A stretch of DNA of 63,169 nucleotides, the filler included, from Reticulomyxa filosa (Eukaryota > Protista > Foraminifera), in NCBI GenBank assembly GCA_000512085.1. It is 24 parts of 24 records of this genome, joined end to end, with 100 filler letters (N's around TTAATTAATTAA, not from the genome) between each part and the next. Parts side by side here need not be neighbours in the genome. Positions count along the whole stretch, not along the records: positions 9,208 to 11,754 come from ASPP01024584.1; positions 11,855 to 12,854 come from ASPP01041613.1; positions 12,955 to 16,091 come from ASPP01007463.1; positions 16,192 to 19,259 come from ASPP01020230.1; positions 19,360 to 21,407 come from ASPP01037380.1; positions 21,508 to 29,053 come from ASPP01019220.1; 18 more parts are not named here. One strand, written 5' to 3'. Positions 10,076-22,224 of the stretch are shown piece by piece. Under the pieces are notes generated by a model that worked only from the letters and a program-made list of their open reading frames with translations, was not told the origin of the DNA and did no database searches. How positions within the stretch are numbered: the stretch's first letter is position 1; each line of letters starts with the position of its first letter. The position numbers and the translations under genes are program-made.

Positions 10076-11700
10076 CTGAGACGGAATGACGTTTTGTCGG
10101 CCACATTTTCCACATGTGTGATTTGTTAATCTTTTATTGATTACACTTTTATTTCAAAGCATAACAACAACAACAACAACAAAAGAAATGTAAACATAAC
10201 AGAATTCAGAAATTTAAATAAACATTAAAAAAATATATAACTCGTGTTTTTTCTTGCAATAAATGCATTCCCATCCATACTTCTTTCCTTTTATCTTTCG
10301 AACATAGTCACGATGCTCCATGCAAAATGTATTTATATACTCTGTTGGCTTGCCTTTCTGCCAATCACAAAACAAAAATAGAAGTAACAAACAAAGAAAT
10401 ACAAAGAGTACAATAAGTGCATACCAGTGGGCATTTATCAAAGCGACATATGTAAACCGCAATGTCCGCACATTGAGGCTGACGACAATGTTGTTGCTCA
10501 GTGTTGACCACTCCCTCTTCAGTTACACTCGTTTTCGCCTTCTAACAAAGCATACACCAAAAAACAGAGTGTTGTTGCACATACACACACACACACACAC
10601 GTGGATATACCATTATTATTATTGTCATTTTAAATTTGTGGAAAAAAAGAGAGAAAAATGTAAAAAAAGAAACTGGTTGATCAGCAGGTGTTGCTTGCAC
10701 ATGTTCAATTGCATCCGCTGTTTCACCCAATTTTCACGTTTGGTACTGCACATATTTGTGTCGTCACTATTTTCTGCGAGCATGTTTGATCGTATTTTAT
10801 TTGATCCATCGTTTTTTTTGTTGTTGTTGTTGTTGTTGGTATTTCAATGATAAGAGGGAGCATTCAACAAAAAAAAAAATCATACCGTCACACATTTGAT
10901 CAAATTTCCTTTTTTTGGACGAATAGTGACACGGTTTGGGCGTGCAAGGTTCAATGGGTAGACATTGATCTTGCTTAGACTTGCAAGGGGTATCATCCAT
11001 GTGCAACAAATTGGTGGTGAGATAGTTGGAGGGGGTACGTGCCACAAGTCTGTCCATTGTTTTTGCAAGGGGTGTCTTTGCGTCAGCATCCTTTGTAATC
11101 ATTTCGCGTAGCAACGAGCGCTCGAGTAACTTGGAGTGAGTTGGAGTCAGACAAATCGTGTCGCCTCCATCCCAATGGCGTCCCAGGACAGGCTCCAACA
11201 TTTCCTCAGACTTGGCAGGTTTGGGAGTCTCTGGTGGCGCACACTTTTTTTCACCAATTTTCTGAGTGAGATAAGACATTTGCTGTTCCAATTCCCTTTC
11301 GCTCTTTTGCTGTTGTTCTTCCAATGCCATGGCCATTTGGACAGCTTTGGCTCCATGACTCTTGCGTGACATTATGGATTGCACGCGTTTCATGGACTCC
11401 AAATCGTGGCCGCTCGGCTTGTCGCAAGCATTGTCGTTCTTGTCCTCCATATTTGAGGACACGACAATCATTCGCGAAGCGCTGCGATTCCTCACTTTCG
11501 CACTTTTGCTGGAACCATGGACCATGGCATCTGGCGACAACACAAACGTACTCCCTTTGCAACGTGTGCTCTTCGATCCCACATTGCTTCCCTTGTCGCT
11601 ACTAAACATCCTCCATTTACTATGGTTCGTATCGTTGCGACGAGAGGATGCCTCCAAATATTGTTGTTTTGCATGATACAAACAGTAATCTCTTTCATTT
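10076..11700 (-). CDS. Multi-exon Cys/His zinc-finger protein with a disordered middle (partial)
   Basis: Long exon ~11700-10887. Spliced exons give CRQPQC..AVYICRFDKC...FCMEH and WECIYCKKKHELTNHTCGKC (RanBP2-type spacing). Confidence 0.65.
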
Positions 11701-12475
11701 CTATTTTTTTTTTTTTTTTTTTTTTGCAAACAACAGCCAACGACGTATATCAAGNNNNNNNNNNNNNNNNNNNNNNNNNNNNNNNNNNNNNNNNNNNNTT
11801 AATTAATTAANNNNNNNNNNNNNNNNNNNNNNNNNNNNNNNNNNNNNNNNNNNNAAATAAATAAACACTTATTTTTATGCAAATGTTGGAAAAAAAATAA
11901 ATATTGTATTATTCATGGTATGTCGTTGGAAACATTATCTTTTTTTTTATAGCATAATCTATTTCGAAAATCAAATCCAACAAAATGTTGTCCTTAGTTT
12001 TTTTAGTACATTTTGTTTTGGAAAGGACAACATGACACAACACATCAACAAAAAAAAAAAATTGATATTGTGTCCAAGGTTAGTTATTTGTAAGCAAAAA
12101 TGACACAATTGGAGCCTTAAAAAAAAAGGATGAAAAGACAATAATCCAATTAGTATTATTTCTCCAACTCTCTTATGGATGGTATATGTTTTGAGTTTTA
12201 AATGTTAAATAAATAATAGATAGAGAGGAGTTTTGTTAGCACGCTTCAGAGCATATAAAGAATGAATATAAACCATTAAATTAAAAAACATCCTTGGCCA
12301 ATCAATAACAACAACAACAAAAAACAAAGACAAATCTCAGAAGTAAGTAAAAACTCTTTCCACTTTTGTTTGCGACGAATTTTGTTGTTGAGTGTTTCAA
12401 CGACTTGCGATTGAGTAACAACATCAACAATATCTTTTGCACTGACTTGCATTTTTTTTTAAAACGAGAAAACTA

Positions 12476-12854
<379 letters not shown>

Positions 12855-13031
12855 NNNNNNNNNNNNNNNNNNNNNNNNNNNNNNNNNNNNNNNNNNNNTT
12901 AATTAATTAANNNNNNNNNNNNNNNNNNNNNNNNNNNNNNNNNNNNNNNNNNNNCTCTCTCTCTCCTCTTCTTACTATTTGGATATCTGATAGGCCAAAT
13001 ATACTTTGTTTGTGTGGTGTCGGATTTTTAG

Positions 13032-13802
13032 AAAGGAGATACTGTCCTATTTCCAGCAGTAAACTACGGTGTCGAGGACGTGGTGGAGCAGTTGATTCAA
13101 AATGGTGCAAATGTAAATCATGTGAATAACGAAGGCCAATCGGTGCTTTTCAAAGTCCAAAAAAAGCCTATTGTTGAACTGCTAGTGCGAAATGGAGCAA
13201 ATCTAGAAATTGTTGATAAGGTTATTTATTTCTCTTCCGACAATTCACACTGTCCAAGTTTTTTTTACCACTCGCTTCTATTCAAATAAAACAAAACAAA
13301 AAAAAAAAAGTAACATATTGTATGTCTGGACATTGGTGGGAATGGACAAAACAGAATGGTGAGACTCCAGTTTTTTCTTGCGTTCGAAAGAGATTGGTGT
13401 CATTAATAGAAGTATTTGCACGTCTTGGTGCAAATCTCAATCATCAAGATCTTGTTAAATCGAAAAAAAAACATTTATGCTCTTTACTAACAAGTAAATG
13501 TATTAAATAACAACAAACAGAACGGCGACACGATTTGCTCGCTACTCGTAAAAAAAAATGAGGATGGATGTGTTCAAGGGCTAATACAAACGATGGAGGA
13601 CAGGGTTGACATAACCTTGGCTGACAACGAAGGCAAAACGATATATGATATCATCAAAGAGCGCAGTGACGCGGGCGACGAATCCGCCATTGAATATCTT
13701 TCTTTTTTTCGAGAAGAGTTTCAAAGGCAATTACTTGAAAAAGATCGCGGTGACAAAAACAATAAAGGAGTGACACTGATAGGTGGAGAATATCCTCGAT
13801 GA
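13032..13802 (+). CDS. Ankyrin-repeat protein, 3' part (exons ~13032-13220, 13356-13453, 13521-13802)
   Basis: GDTVLFPAV..LIQNGANVN, GQSVLF, GETPVF..GANLN, NGDTICSLL; GT..AG introns between repeats. Confidence 0.85.
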
Positions 13803-14516
13803 TGGCCACTCTATTGTAAAGTGATGTGTTTGCACGTTTTAATTTGATATGGTGCATTTCGAAATGTATATAATTTTTCTTTTCTTTTGCACAACATATC
13901 CAGCTTAAACATGAAAAATTTGAGACTCAAGGATTGAAACACTTCCACAAAGGTTACACCAAATTTCTATTTACCTTTGTGTTTAAAACAACACGAACAT
14001 GGTTTAAAATAAAACTTCAACGCATTAATTAAAAAAAAGTGCAATAACTTCAACAAAAGGATTGCTTTACTTGCTCATGTTGGTGCTTCACCAAGAAAGC
14101 ATGGCAACTTGTAAGCTACCAAAGTTTTATTGTTTAATATAGTCCAAAATTTACACATACAGTCTGAACATCCTCTTATTTTTTTCTTCCTCTGTTGCAA
14201 AGTTTTACTTCAAAGAGGGAGATCAAAAAAAAAGGCATATAACAAACGAAAAAAAATTAAAAAATTCAATGAACACCCATACCCTTTCCATTTCCCTCCC
14301 ACAAGCAGCGTAAATAAAATAACAAATAAGTAATCAAAGCAAAGAAAAAAAGAAAGCCCTACCAAGTAAAGCTCACATAGTCCGACATATATGATCAATA
14401 TTTCGGACAGAATTACAAGAAAAATGACACATAATAACTTTTTTTTTTTGGCTTTCTTCTAAACAAGAAGTGCCAAAAAAAATTGTGGTGTAAGATTTCA
14501 TTAAAATATTAGTCAT

Positions 14517-16070
14517 TTACGAAAATGATTCGCAAACTGAATTGGAAAAAAGTCGTGATTTGTTGTCGTGCGCCAAAGACAACATTGGATCAAATCCCGA
14601 AATTAACCATTGCTCCGAACACGCATTTTCAATGACTGTTGTTTCATTGCAGCCGGGCTGTGGAACCAAATTGAAATTTGAGTCAATTTGGTTGCTATTT
14701 ACCGGCATCATTGGAACACTGGTGGGTATTTCGGCATTGCTCACCAACTTATGTTTGTTAGCTTTTCTTTTTTTATTCGGTGAAGGCAGCGATCGTGGGG
14801 CACTCAAATCTAAGAGTTGTTCATTTTGGAAGAATTGATCAGCAAAAGGTTTCAGTAATGGAGGCAATTCAAGCTTTTGCTGTCCAATAATTTGCTTGGT
14901 TGTATATTGAATTAATGATTGAATAAATTTAGACAACTCCAAGTTCAATGCACATTGTTCATGCAATGGAGTTTGTGGATCAATAAATGCTTGTACAATA
15001 TCCGCTGTCTGTCATAAGAGAGGAATACAACAACCAACAACATCGACAAATAAAAAAAAAAGGGGGGGGGGGAAGGGTCCACTATAAAATGAATCCATCT
15101 TTTTTTTTAGTGTTACACAACTTTGGAAAATTGACCGCAGCAATAAAAAATGAATCCATAGCGATACCTCGCAACAGCAACGGAAGAAGTTTTTTTTACT
15201 TCTTTGTCTTTGTACAATTTCATATGGTCAGTATATAAATCCATCAATTTTAGAGGCTATTGTTATTAAATTGTACTTGATTAGGCTTTTGAAAAAGGGG
15301 GAAGAGAAAATGCTATCTGCCTTCCTCCAAAAAGACAAACAATGAAAATAACTTTCACAATCTCCCATTTTTGTTCAGCTGTCAATGTGTTGTCGGAGTC
15401 ATCTATCCAGTGCATTAATTCATCTGTGTAAATATCCAAGTAATCAAATAGCAACTGCTTGCGGTGACGACCAGCACGGCCTCCTTTTTCCTTATAGACT
15501 TGATCTAAATGGCTCTTTGCCATTGCCCAACTGTTCACATTTTAAACAAATTGTCTTGTTCAACGTGCATGCATATTGTTTGTTTTTTTTTTTAATCAAC
15601 TTCTGTTGCTTTGCGTAATGTATTCCAAAGTAAGTGCAGAATCTCCACATAAGATCTGAATCTTTTCCATAAACTGTACCTACAACTTCGGTACAGATTG
15701 CTTTTCCCTATGAAATTGAGTAAACACAAACCATCCAAAAAAAGTGCGTTTTTTTTTTTTTTTTTTTGTGATTGTTTGTTTGTGTGATTATACGTATGTA
15801 ATACAAAAATGATATATCATTTTGAGTTGCATTTGTAAAATGATGAGATTATTTTCACTTTGTCTATTAATTCTTCTTTTTCCGATTGCAGCAACAGACA
15901 TCCAAGATAGGATCTTGCATTTAGCAATTTGATTTGTCGGTCTTTTTCATCCATTCCTTTTGGCAAAGCCATAACCATAATGAGTTCAATCAAACGATCA
16001 CAACACTTTATGCAATACGCGAGATCACCATTTGAAGAGGCCAAGTGAGTTAAATGCTCCACACAAGCTA
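14517..16070 (-). CDS. Multi-exon helical (TPR-like?) hypothetical protein, 3' part
   Basis: Chain of minus-strand coding-like exons (~16070-15858, ~15710-15545, ~15540-15355, ~15230-15115, ~15005-14517) separated by AT-rich introns. Confidence 0.6.
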
Positions 16071-16191
16071 CTAATTTTTTTTTTTTTTTTTNNNNNNNNN
16101 NNNNNNNNNNNNNNNNNNNNNNNNNNNNNNNNNNNTTAATTAATTAANNNNNNNNNNNNNNNNNNNNNNNNNNNNNNNNNNNNNNNNNNNN

Positions 16192-17024
16192 TCTTTTTCT
16201 TTTTCTTTTTCTTTTTCTTTCTCTTTACTCTTATCAGAAGATTGAACAGGATTGAATTGATCTTTTGTGAGAAGAGAAACGGCATGTTCCAACACGTCGA
16301 TTCCCAAAGGGGTGATGGACGGAACAGAGATGACGAACTTGTCATTGGTATCGGCGAAAGAAAAGCAAGCAACGTCATTGACGTGGGAGTGTAGTTTGAA
16401 AATGCGAAAGGCGACGGCGCGACCATTTTTGATTTTGTGTTCTCGAACGGGCAAAGGGAGGTCAGTTTCGAGGAGATGAAAAGGTAGAAACATTTTGAAG
16501 AACACTTGAAACCAGGCACTATGTCCGACGACGATGATGTCATGACTATCGCCACTCTGTGCAAACGTCCACCGCAGAAATTCGTGGAAGCGCTCTTGCG
16601 AGCTGATTTTGGACGCGTCCCCGTGGTAAAAGTCCAGATTCAAGCGCGACGCATAGCACTGCTGCATATCGATGTTCAGATGGTCGAGCAGCTCGCACTC
16701 CATCTCATAGCGCGATGGTAGCGGTACGTCTTGCTTGTGCACCAGCGTGGATCTGGAGTCGGCATTCAATCCGAGCTCCTGCAGGCACGACAGGACAAAG
16801 ATTTGCTCATTCATGTTGTGTTGCAAGCGATGCCACAGCGAGATAAATGCCGTCGATATGGCACGTCGCAAGTTCGATGTCACAATCAAACTTGGTCTGC
16901 CATTCGTTGAATTACTATTGCTATTGCTATTGCTGTTGCTGTTGTCGTCATCAGTATTCTGTAATAACAACGATTTTATCGATGACTCTGTCAGTCGTCC
17001 CAAGAGATTATGTTCTTCCAATTC

Positions 17025-17067
<43 letters not shown>

Positions 17068-17677
17068 GTTGTGTCGTTTAACGATTTTATCTCTTGACTC
17101 GATTCTGTACTGATCGCTGATGTGACACCTGTGCCATTTATATCACTCGTGACCAAAGGGGCACTTGCGACATTAGACAGAGAGGACAAGGAGGAGGAGG
17201 AGAGACAAGAATGAAAAGTTGGACAATGACAAGGAAGACGAGAATGCATCCGACGCAAGTGTCTTGTTGACGGAGAGGAAGACAGACGACTCAAGAAGGG
17301 CTGACAGTGGTTGCTGTGGGGCTGTCGTCACTACTGTCGGCTCACTTGTTGCCAAGCTATTCGATGACTTGGACGACGAAGTTGTATTCCAAAGCTCCAT
17401 TTGCTGAAGCAACGACAGCACTTTGCTGGAGAACAGCTCTTTGTCGTTCGTCTCCACAAATGGTCCAATGTCTTGCTTCATCGCTGTGTCACACATGTGC
17501 ACTGCGGCCTTCAGCCGATTCAAGTGCTCACTCATTGCATATTCTTTCAATATCGAGTACAAATGCAATACCTCCAATATTCCCTCTCGATTCAATGGTG
17601 CGTCCATTATATTCAGGTCACTACTACTATTATTGCTACTATTGTTATTATTATTATTATTATTATTGTTATTATTA

Positions 17678-17720
<43 letters not shown>

Positions 17721-18348
17721 TATTATTACTACTATCATTACTAATGCCAATACTACTACTACCTCGTTTACTTTGTCGCTTACTCTGATTACTCGGCTTA
17801 TTGTTAATGTTTGTTCCCTTTCGATGCTTATACAACTCCCAGAAACCCTGAGCTGCTGCCACTGTCTTTGATATTGTTGACGACTCTGCTGCATTCCATC
17901 GACTTTTCCCGTGGCGGATGAACACTATTGTTCGCCACGCTTCTATGTCGTCTTTTCGCACTTCTCTCCATTTCTCGCTTGCTTCCTCTTTCTTCGTCTT
18001 CGACTGCTGTCTCGGACGTGCTGTTTGCCGCAGTGTCTCCACTGGCTGCTTCACTCGGGATTTGTCCCCTACAAACAGTTTCTTATATAATGGAAACATC
18101 CTCTTTGATCCTGTCGCCGCTGCTACTGCTGTTGTCGCAGTCGTGGTCGTTGTTGTCGTTGTTGTCGTTGCTGTTGTTGCTGTTGTTGTTATTGCCGTTG
18201 CTGCCATTGATCCTGTTTCACTTGTTGACTGCTGGTCCAACGGTTGCAACGATAACGTCACCATGTCTTCTATACCTTCATTGTCTATATCATCTAGTTC
18301 TGATTTTCCTGCATCTAATACTTTTTCTTCTTCTAATGTGGTGCTCAT
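16192..18348 (-). CDS. Histidine phosphatase (phosphoglycerate mutase-like) with large poly-Asn/Thr/Ser inserts; one frameshift near 17200
   Basis: IVFIRHGKSRWN, DAPLNREG, TSNLRRAISTA, LQE and IIVVGHS motifs in correct order across two overlapping ORFs. Confidence 0.88.
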
Positions 18349-18984
18349 TGATCGTTATTGATTATTCAATTTTTTTTCCCTCCACGATTTGACCACGTTT
18401 TTTTAAGTCGCCTCTGAAAAAAATGATTTATGTACACTCACACTCCGAAAAATAACCAAAAACTTACATGTTATATGTTATACTTTAAAAAAACATAAAC
18501 ATTTCTTTTCAGATGACAAGCAATTTTGCACTTCTGAAAACAAAGGAACACCGATGTAAAATAACAAGAGAAACAGTTCTTGATTCTCGCAACTTTATGG
18601 CATAAAATTAAGTGGGCTTATCCGTTAGGTAACAATAAAAAACACATAAAAATACAATTTGTTTAATAGATAAGTTTTAAATAACATAAGGCAAATTAAA
18701 CCACAAAAATTCAACACCAATTGAAAAGTATATTCTCTGTGTACTACCACAAATTTAATAGAATTGACAGCAGGCATGATTTTTTCAATTGTTTTGTTTG
18801 AAAGTTTTTGTAATTACTTTAGTACTCAAATGCTGAGCAAAAAGGGGAGGAAATATGGAGATTTCTAACCGTCAACTTTCTCTTCGTAAAAACCTTTGTG
18901 TGTTGAAAAACAGTTGACCCTTTGCAATCTTTTTGAGGTGAAGTCATTTTTAAAAAAAGTAATGCATCTTTCCCATCTTTCAGA

Positions 18985-19259
18985 ACCCAGTCGAGCAATA
19001 ATTTTGACAGAATTTTGTGAATGTTGTGCGTACCATGGGATTTCTTCTTCGTTACAGTTGTTTTTACGAAGTCATTTAAAAATAGGTAGTGCAGAAGCAA
19101 TAGTTACAGTAAATATGTTTTCTGCAATATGTTATTTATCTCCATTACTAAGTGGACATATTGCAGATCATTATACGGAAAATATGAAGAATTTTATTTT
19201 CATTATTTGTATATGCATTTAGTATTGCAATAGTAACAATTCTTGCATTTATATATGAA
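18985..19259 (+). pseudogene. POT/PTR peptide transporter N-terminal fragment, decayed
   Basis: ILTEFCECCAYHG (degenerate ExxERFxYYG) and YLSPLLSGHIADHY; reading breaks down after TM2. Confidence 0.7.
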
Positions 19260-20384
19260 NNNNNNNNNNNNNNNNNNNNNNNNNNNNNNNNNNNNNNNNN
19301 NNNTTAATTAATTAANNNNNNNNNNNNNNNNNNNNNNNNNNNNNNNNNNNNNNNNNNNNGTTATACCTCTTTGAACGGGAGGATATATTCAAATTAAATA
19401 ATTTTTTAAATATAAATAATTTAAAATATTTTAATTATTTTATTTTTATCTAAATGGACTTGCATAAAAAATAAACATCTTAGTCACTTGTACCCGAAAG
19501 GGTATAAAGCATTCTGATGGTATTTAAAATAATTTATATAACTTTATTATTTTGTATTTTATATTTTATTTTTTTATTTATATTTATATATTTATATACT
19601 TATATATATATTTATGTTTATTTTTTTCAATTCAAAAATCTTTTTTTTTGTTTGACTTTCATATCGATTTGTTTTGTTTGCTTGATTTAGTGTCGAATTG
19701 TTTGTGCTTGTGATTATTTGTGCATGTTTTCTTTTTGCACAAATCTTTATCTTAATTTTTTTTATCTTATCGACTTTTTCTCATCGTGAAAAACTTTAGC
19801 ACTTCGCAATATAACTTATATTTTCTTTTAAAAATGGAAAGCATTTGATTGACATTATAACATATCTTTTCAAAGATTTACAATTAAAAAAATTCTCATA
19901 TTTCTAATTTCATAGAAGAATTTTATTTTTGCAATTTTGTCTTAAACAAAAAGAAAGTGGTGCCACTTGCACAAAGTGTAATACGAAAGAATTGCTCTTT
20001 TGAGAAACTTTAAGAAAATACAAACTACTTAAAAAGAGTACTTATGACTAACTCAAAATAATGATAAAAGAGAAAAAAAGTTTATCAGAGATGAGAATAA
20101 GCGTTGTTTAAAATTTGTCTTTTTCTGTTGTTGATTGCATTGACTCTTACAATAAATTTTCGAATAAATTTTGCTGAATGTTTTGTTTAATTTGTCTATT
20201 GTGCAATTAAATTCTTCAGCTGTGATATTTTATTTATTACGAAACATATCACAAATTATTATTTTTAATTCAAAATCAAGAAGAGAATATATTTGTATCT
20301 AATATATTCATTATTTTCCACAAAGTTCAAAATTTTAAATGTATGATAAATATATTATCTTCTTAATAACAAATGATCATAATA

Positions 20385-21407
20385 TTACTTTGACGATTTT
20401 AAAAAATTTTGAATTTTTTGTTGCAAGAAGTGGTCAGGAAATAGCTTTAACTCTCCATCAATTGTCAAAGAAGAATTTGAAAGATTATGATAATGATTAA
20501 TAATTGATGATCGATCATAAGTAACACCATCCAAGGCAATGACAGGGTCAGTCATTATACGTGTGGATAATGGACATAAATATTCTTTTGGAATGTCTCT
20601 TTCACCATAAGACATAGCATCCATCGGATAATTATGACAAATTTGAGCAAATGAATCATAAACTAGACACGCTTCAAAAAATTTTTTCAATTCAAATGTG
20701 TCCATCCAATCTTTTTTTGACATTTTTAGTAATGCCATTGAATCTATTGTGTTTTTTTTAATAGTTTCATACAAAATACTCATCTTAGATTTTTCGCATT
20801 TTAGAGTGTGACCAATGAAAATGGCAATTTCTTGTGAATTCCATTTGCACCATTTTTCTTGTAATTCTTTCCAGTGTTCATCAATCCATTTTTGATTATC
20901 TTGTGTTAATTTTTGTATATTCTCATTGAGTCTACAAAAATCTTTGATGAGTTTATCATTAAATGCAAGTAGTTCATCAATATAACCTATTTCTTGTTTC
21001 TTTTGTTGTTTTTCAAATTCTAAGTCACTTTCCATCCAACACAAATTATTGTATTGTTTTACACATTCAGTATATCTCATAATCGCTTCATCTGCTTCTT
21101 TTTTTAATTGTATTTTTTGTAAATATTTTTCATCAATCTTTTGTTTTGTCGAGTTTTGCTTTTCAATTATTTCATTAAATTCTTTTGTTGTGGTATTGAT
21201 ATCCGTCTATACAATCCAAACTGACTCAATCTGATCTTTTTTGTATCACAAAAAAACAAAAAAAACAAACTTTGATTGCTGTTCGATGTCCAAGTAATGT
21301 TTTAATGATTGATGAAATAGAATTTGATCTGATATAGTCATTGCTTCTGGCTTGTTCAAAGGTACCATCAAAACTCCAAATATCATCCCAATTCATTTCA
21401 TTTAATT
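20385..21407 (-). CDS. Coiled-coil + SAM-like + U-box protein, frame disrupted near 21207
   Basis: IPKEYLCPLSTRIMTDPVIALDGVTYDRSSI..LFPDHFLQQKI U-box; W..QEIAIFI...IDSMALLKMSKKDW SAM-like; in-frame TAG at 21209-21207. Confidence 0.85.
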
Positions 21408-22224
21408 NNNNNNNNNNNNNNNNNNNNNNNNNNNNNNNNNNNNNNNNNNNNTTAATTAATTAANNNNNNNNNNNNNNNNNNNNNNNNNNNNNNNNNNNNN
21501 NNNNNNNCTGGGACGAATTAGAAAATGATGAAATTGTTTTTTTATTCTATTTATTCGAAATTTTGTCAATAATTTGTTTGCAATTTCCAATGCAACCAGC
21601 CTTTAAAGCTTTGCATGAGAATACTCATAAAAAAGTTTTTTTATTTGAAAGTTATGATAATTAAACAAAAAAAACGTTCAAAAAAATTTTAAAAATATTA
21701 TTGTAAAACTAAATATATGCTTTTCAAAAACAAATAACTTGTAAAAAAATTAAGAGTTTATGAAATTTTCAAAAAGAAATGTTGTATATTATGTACAATG
21801 TAATCAAATTTAATTTAGATTAATGTAATAGTTAATATTTGAAAAAATATAAAGATTTTTTCATAAAAACGTATCATTGATCTTCATTTGTTTACTGTGT
21901 CTTCTTTTGTAGTACATTGTTCTTGCTTATTGATACACTCGTTAAATTTTTATTCAATTGTCCAAATCAGACTAAACAAAACATTTCTAAAACTTATTCA
22001 TCGAGGAGTGTTTATTAGTTGTAGTGATAATATTTTCTTTGAATTAAACATCGAAAAACAGATTATTCTGGATAACATCACATACAGAGGAATTACTGTA
22101 CACCCAAATCTCGTAGCTTTGTAAACAATTAATAAAAAAAAAGTTTTCTTATTGACAAACAGCTGTTTACAAGTTACTAGCTTAAATTGGAAGTGTTCCA
22201 ATTTTGAAAACAAATAAAAATCAT

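Noticed and set aside
17401-17894. Poly-Ile/Leu/Tyr ORFs here and at 48039-49181
   Set aside because: Antisense or off-frame readings of AAT and GAAAAA microsatellites
19455-19515. Group I intron P7/P9 core
   Set aside because: No room for P3'/P8 and no bulged G-binding site
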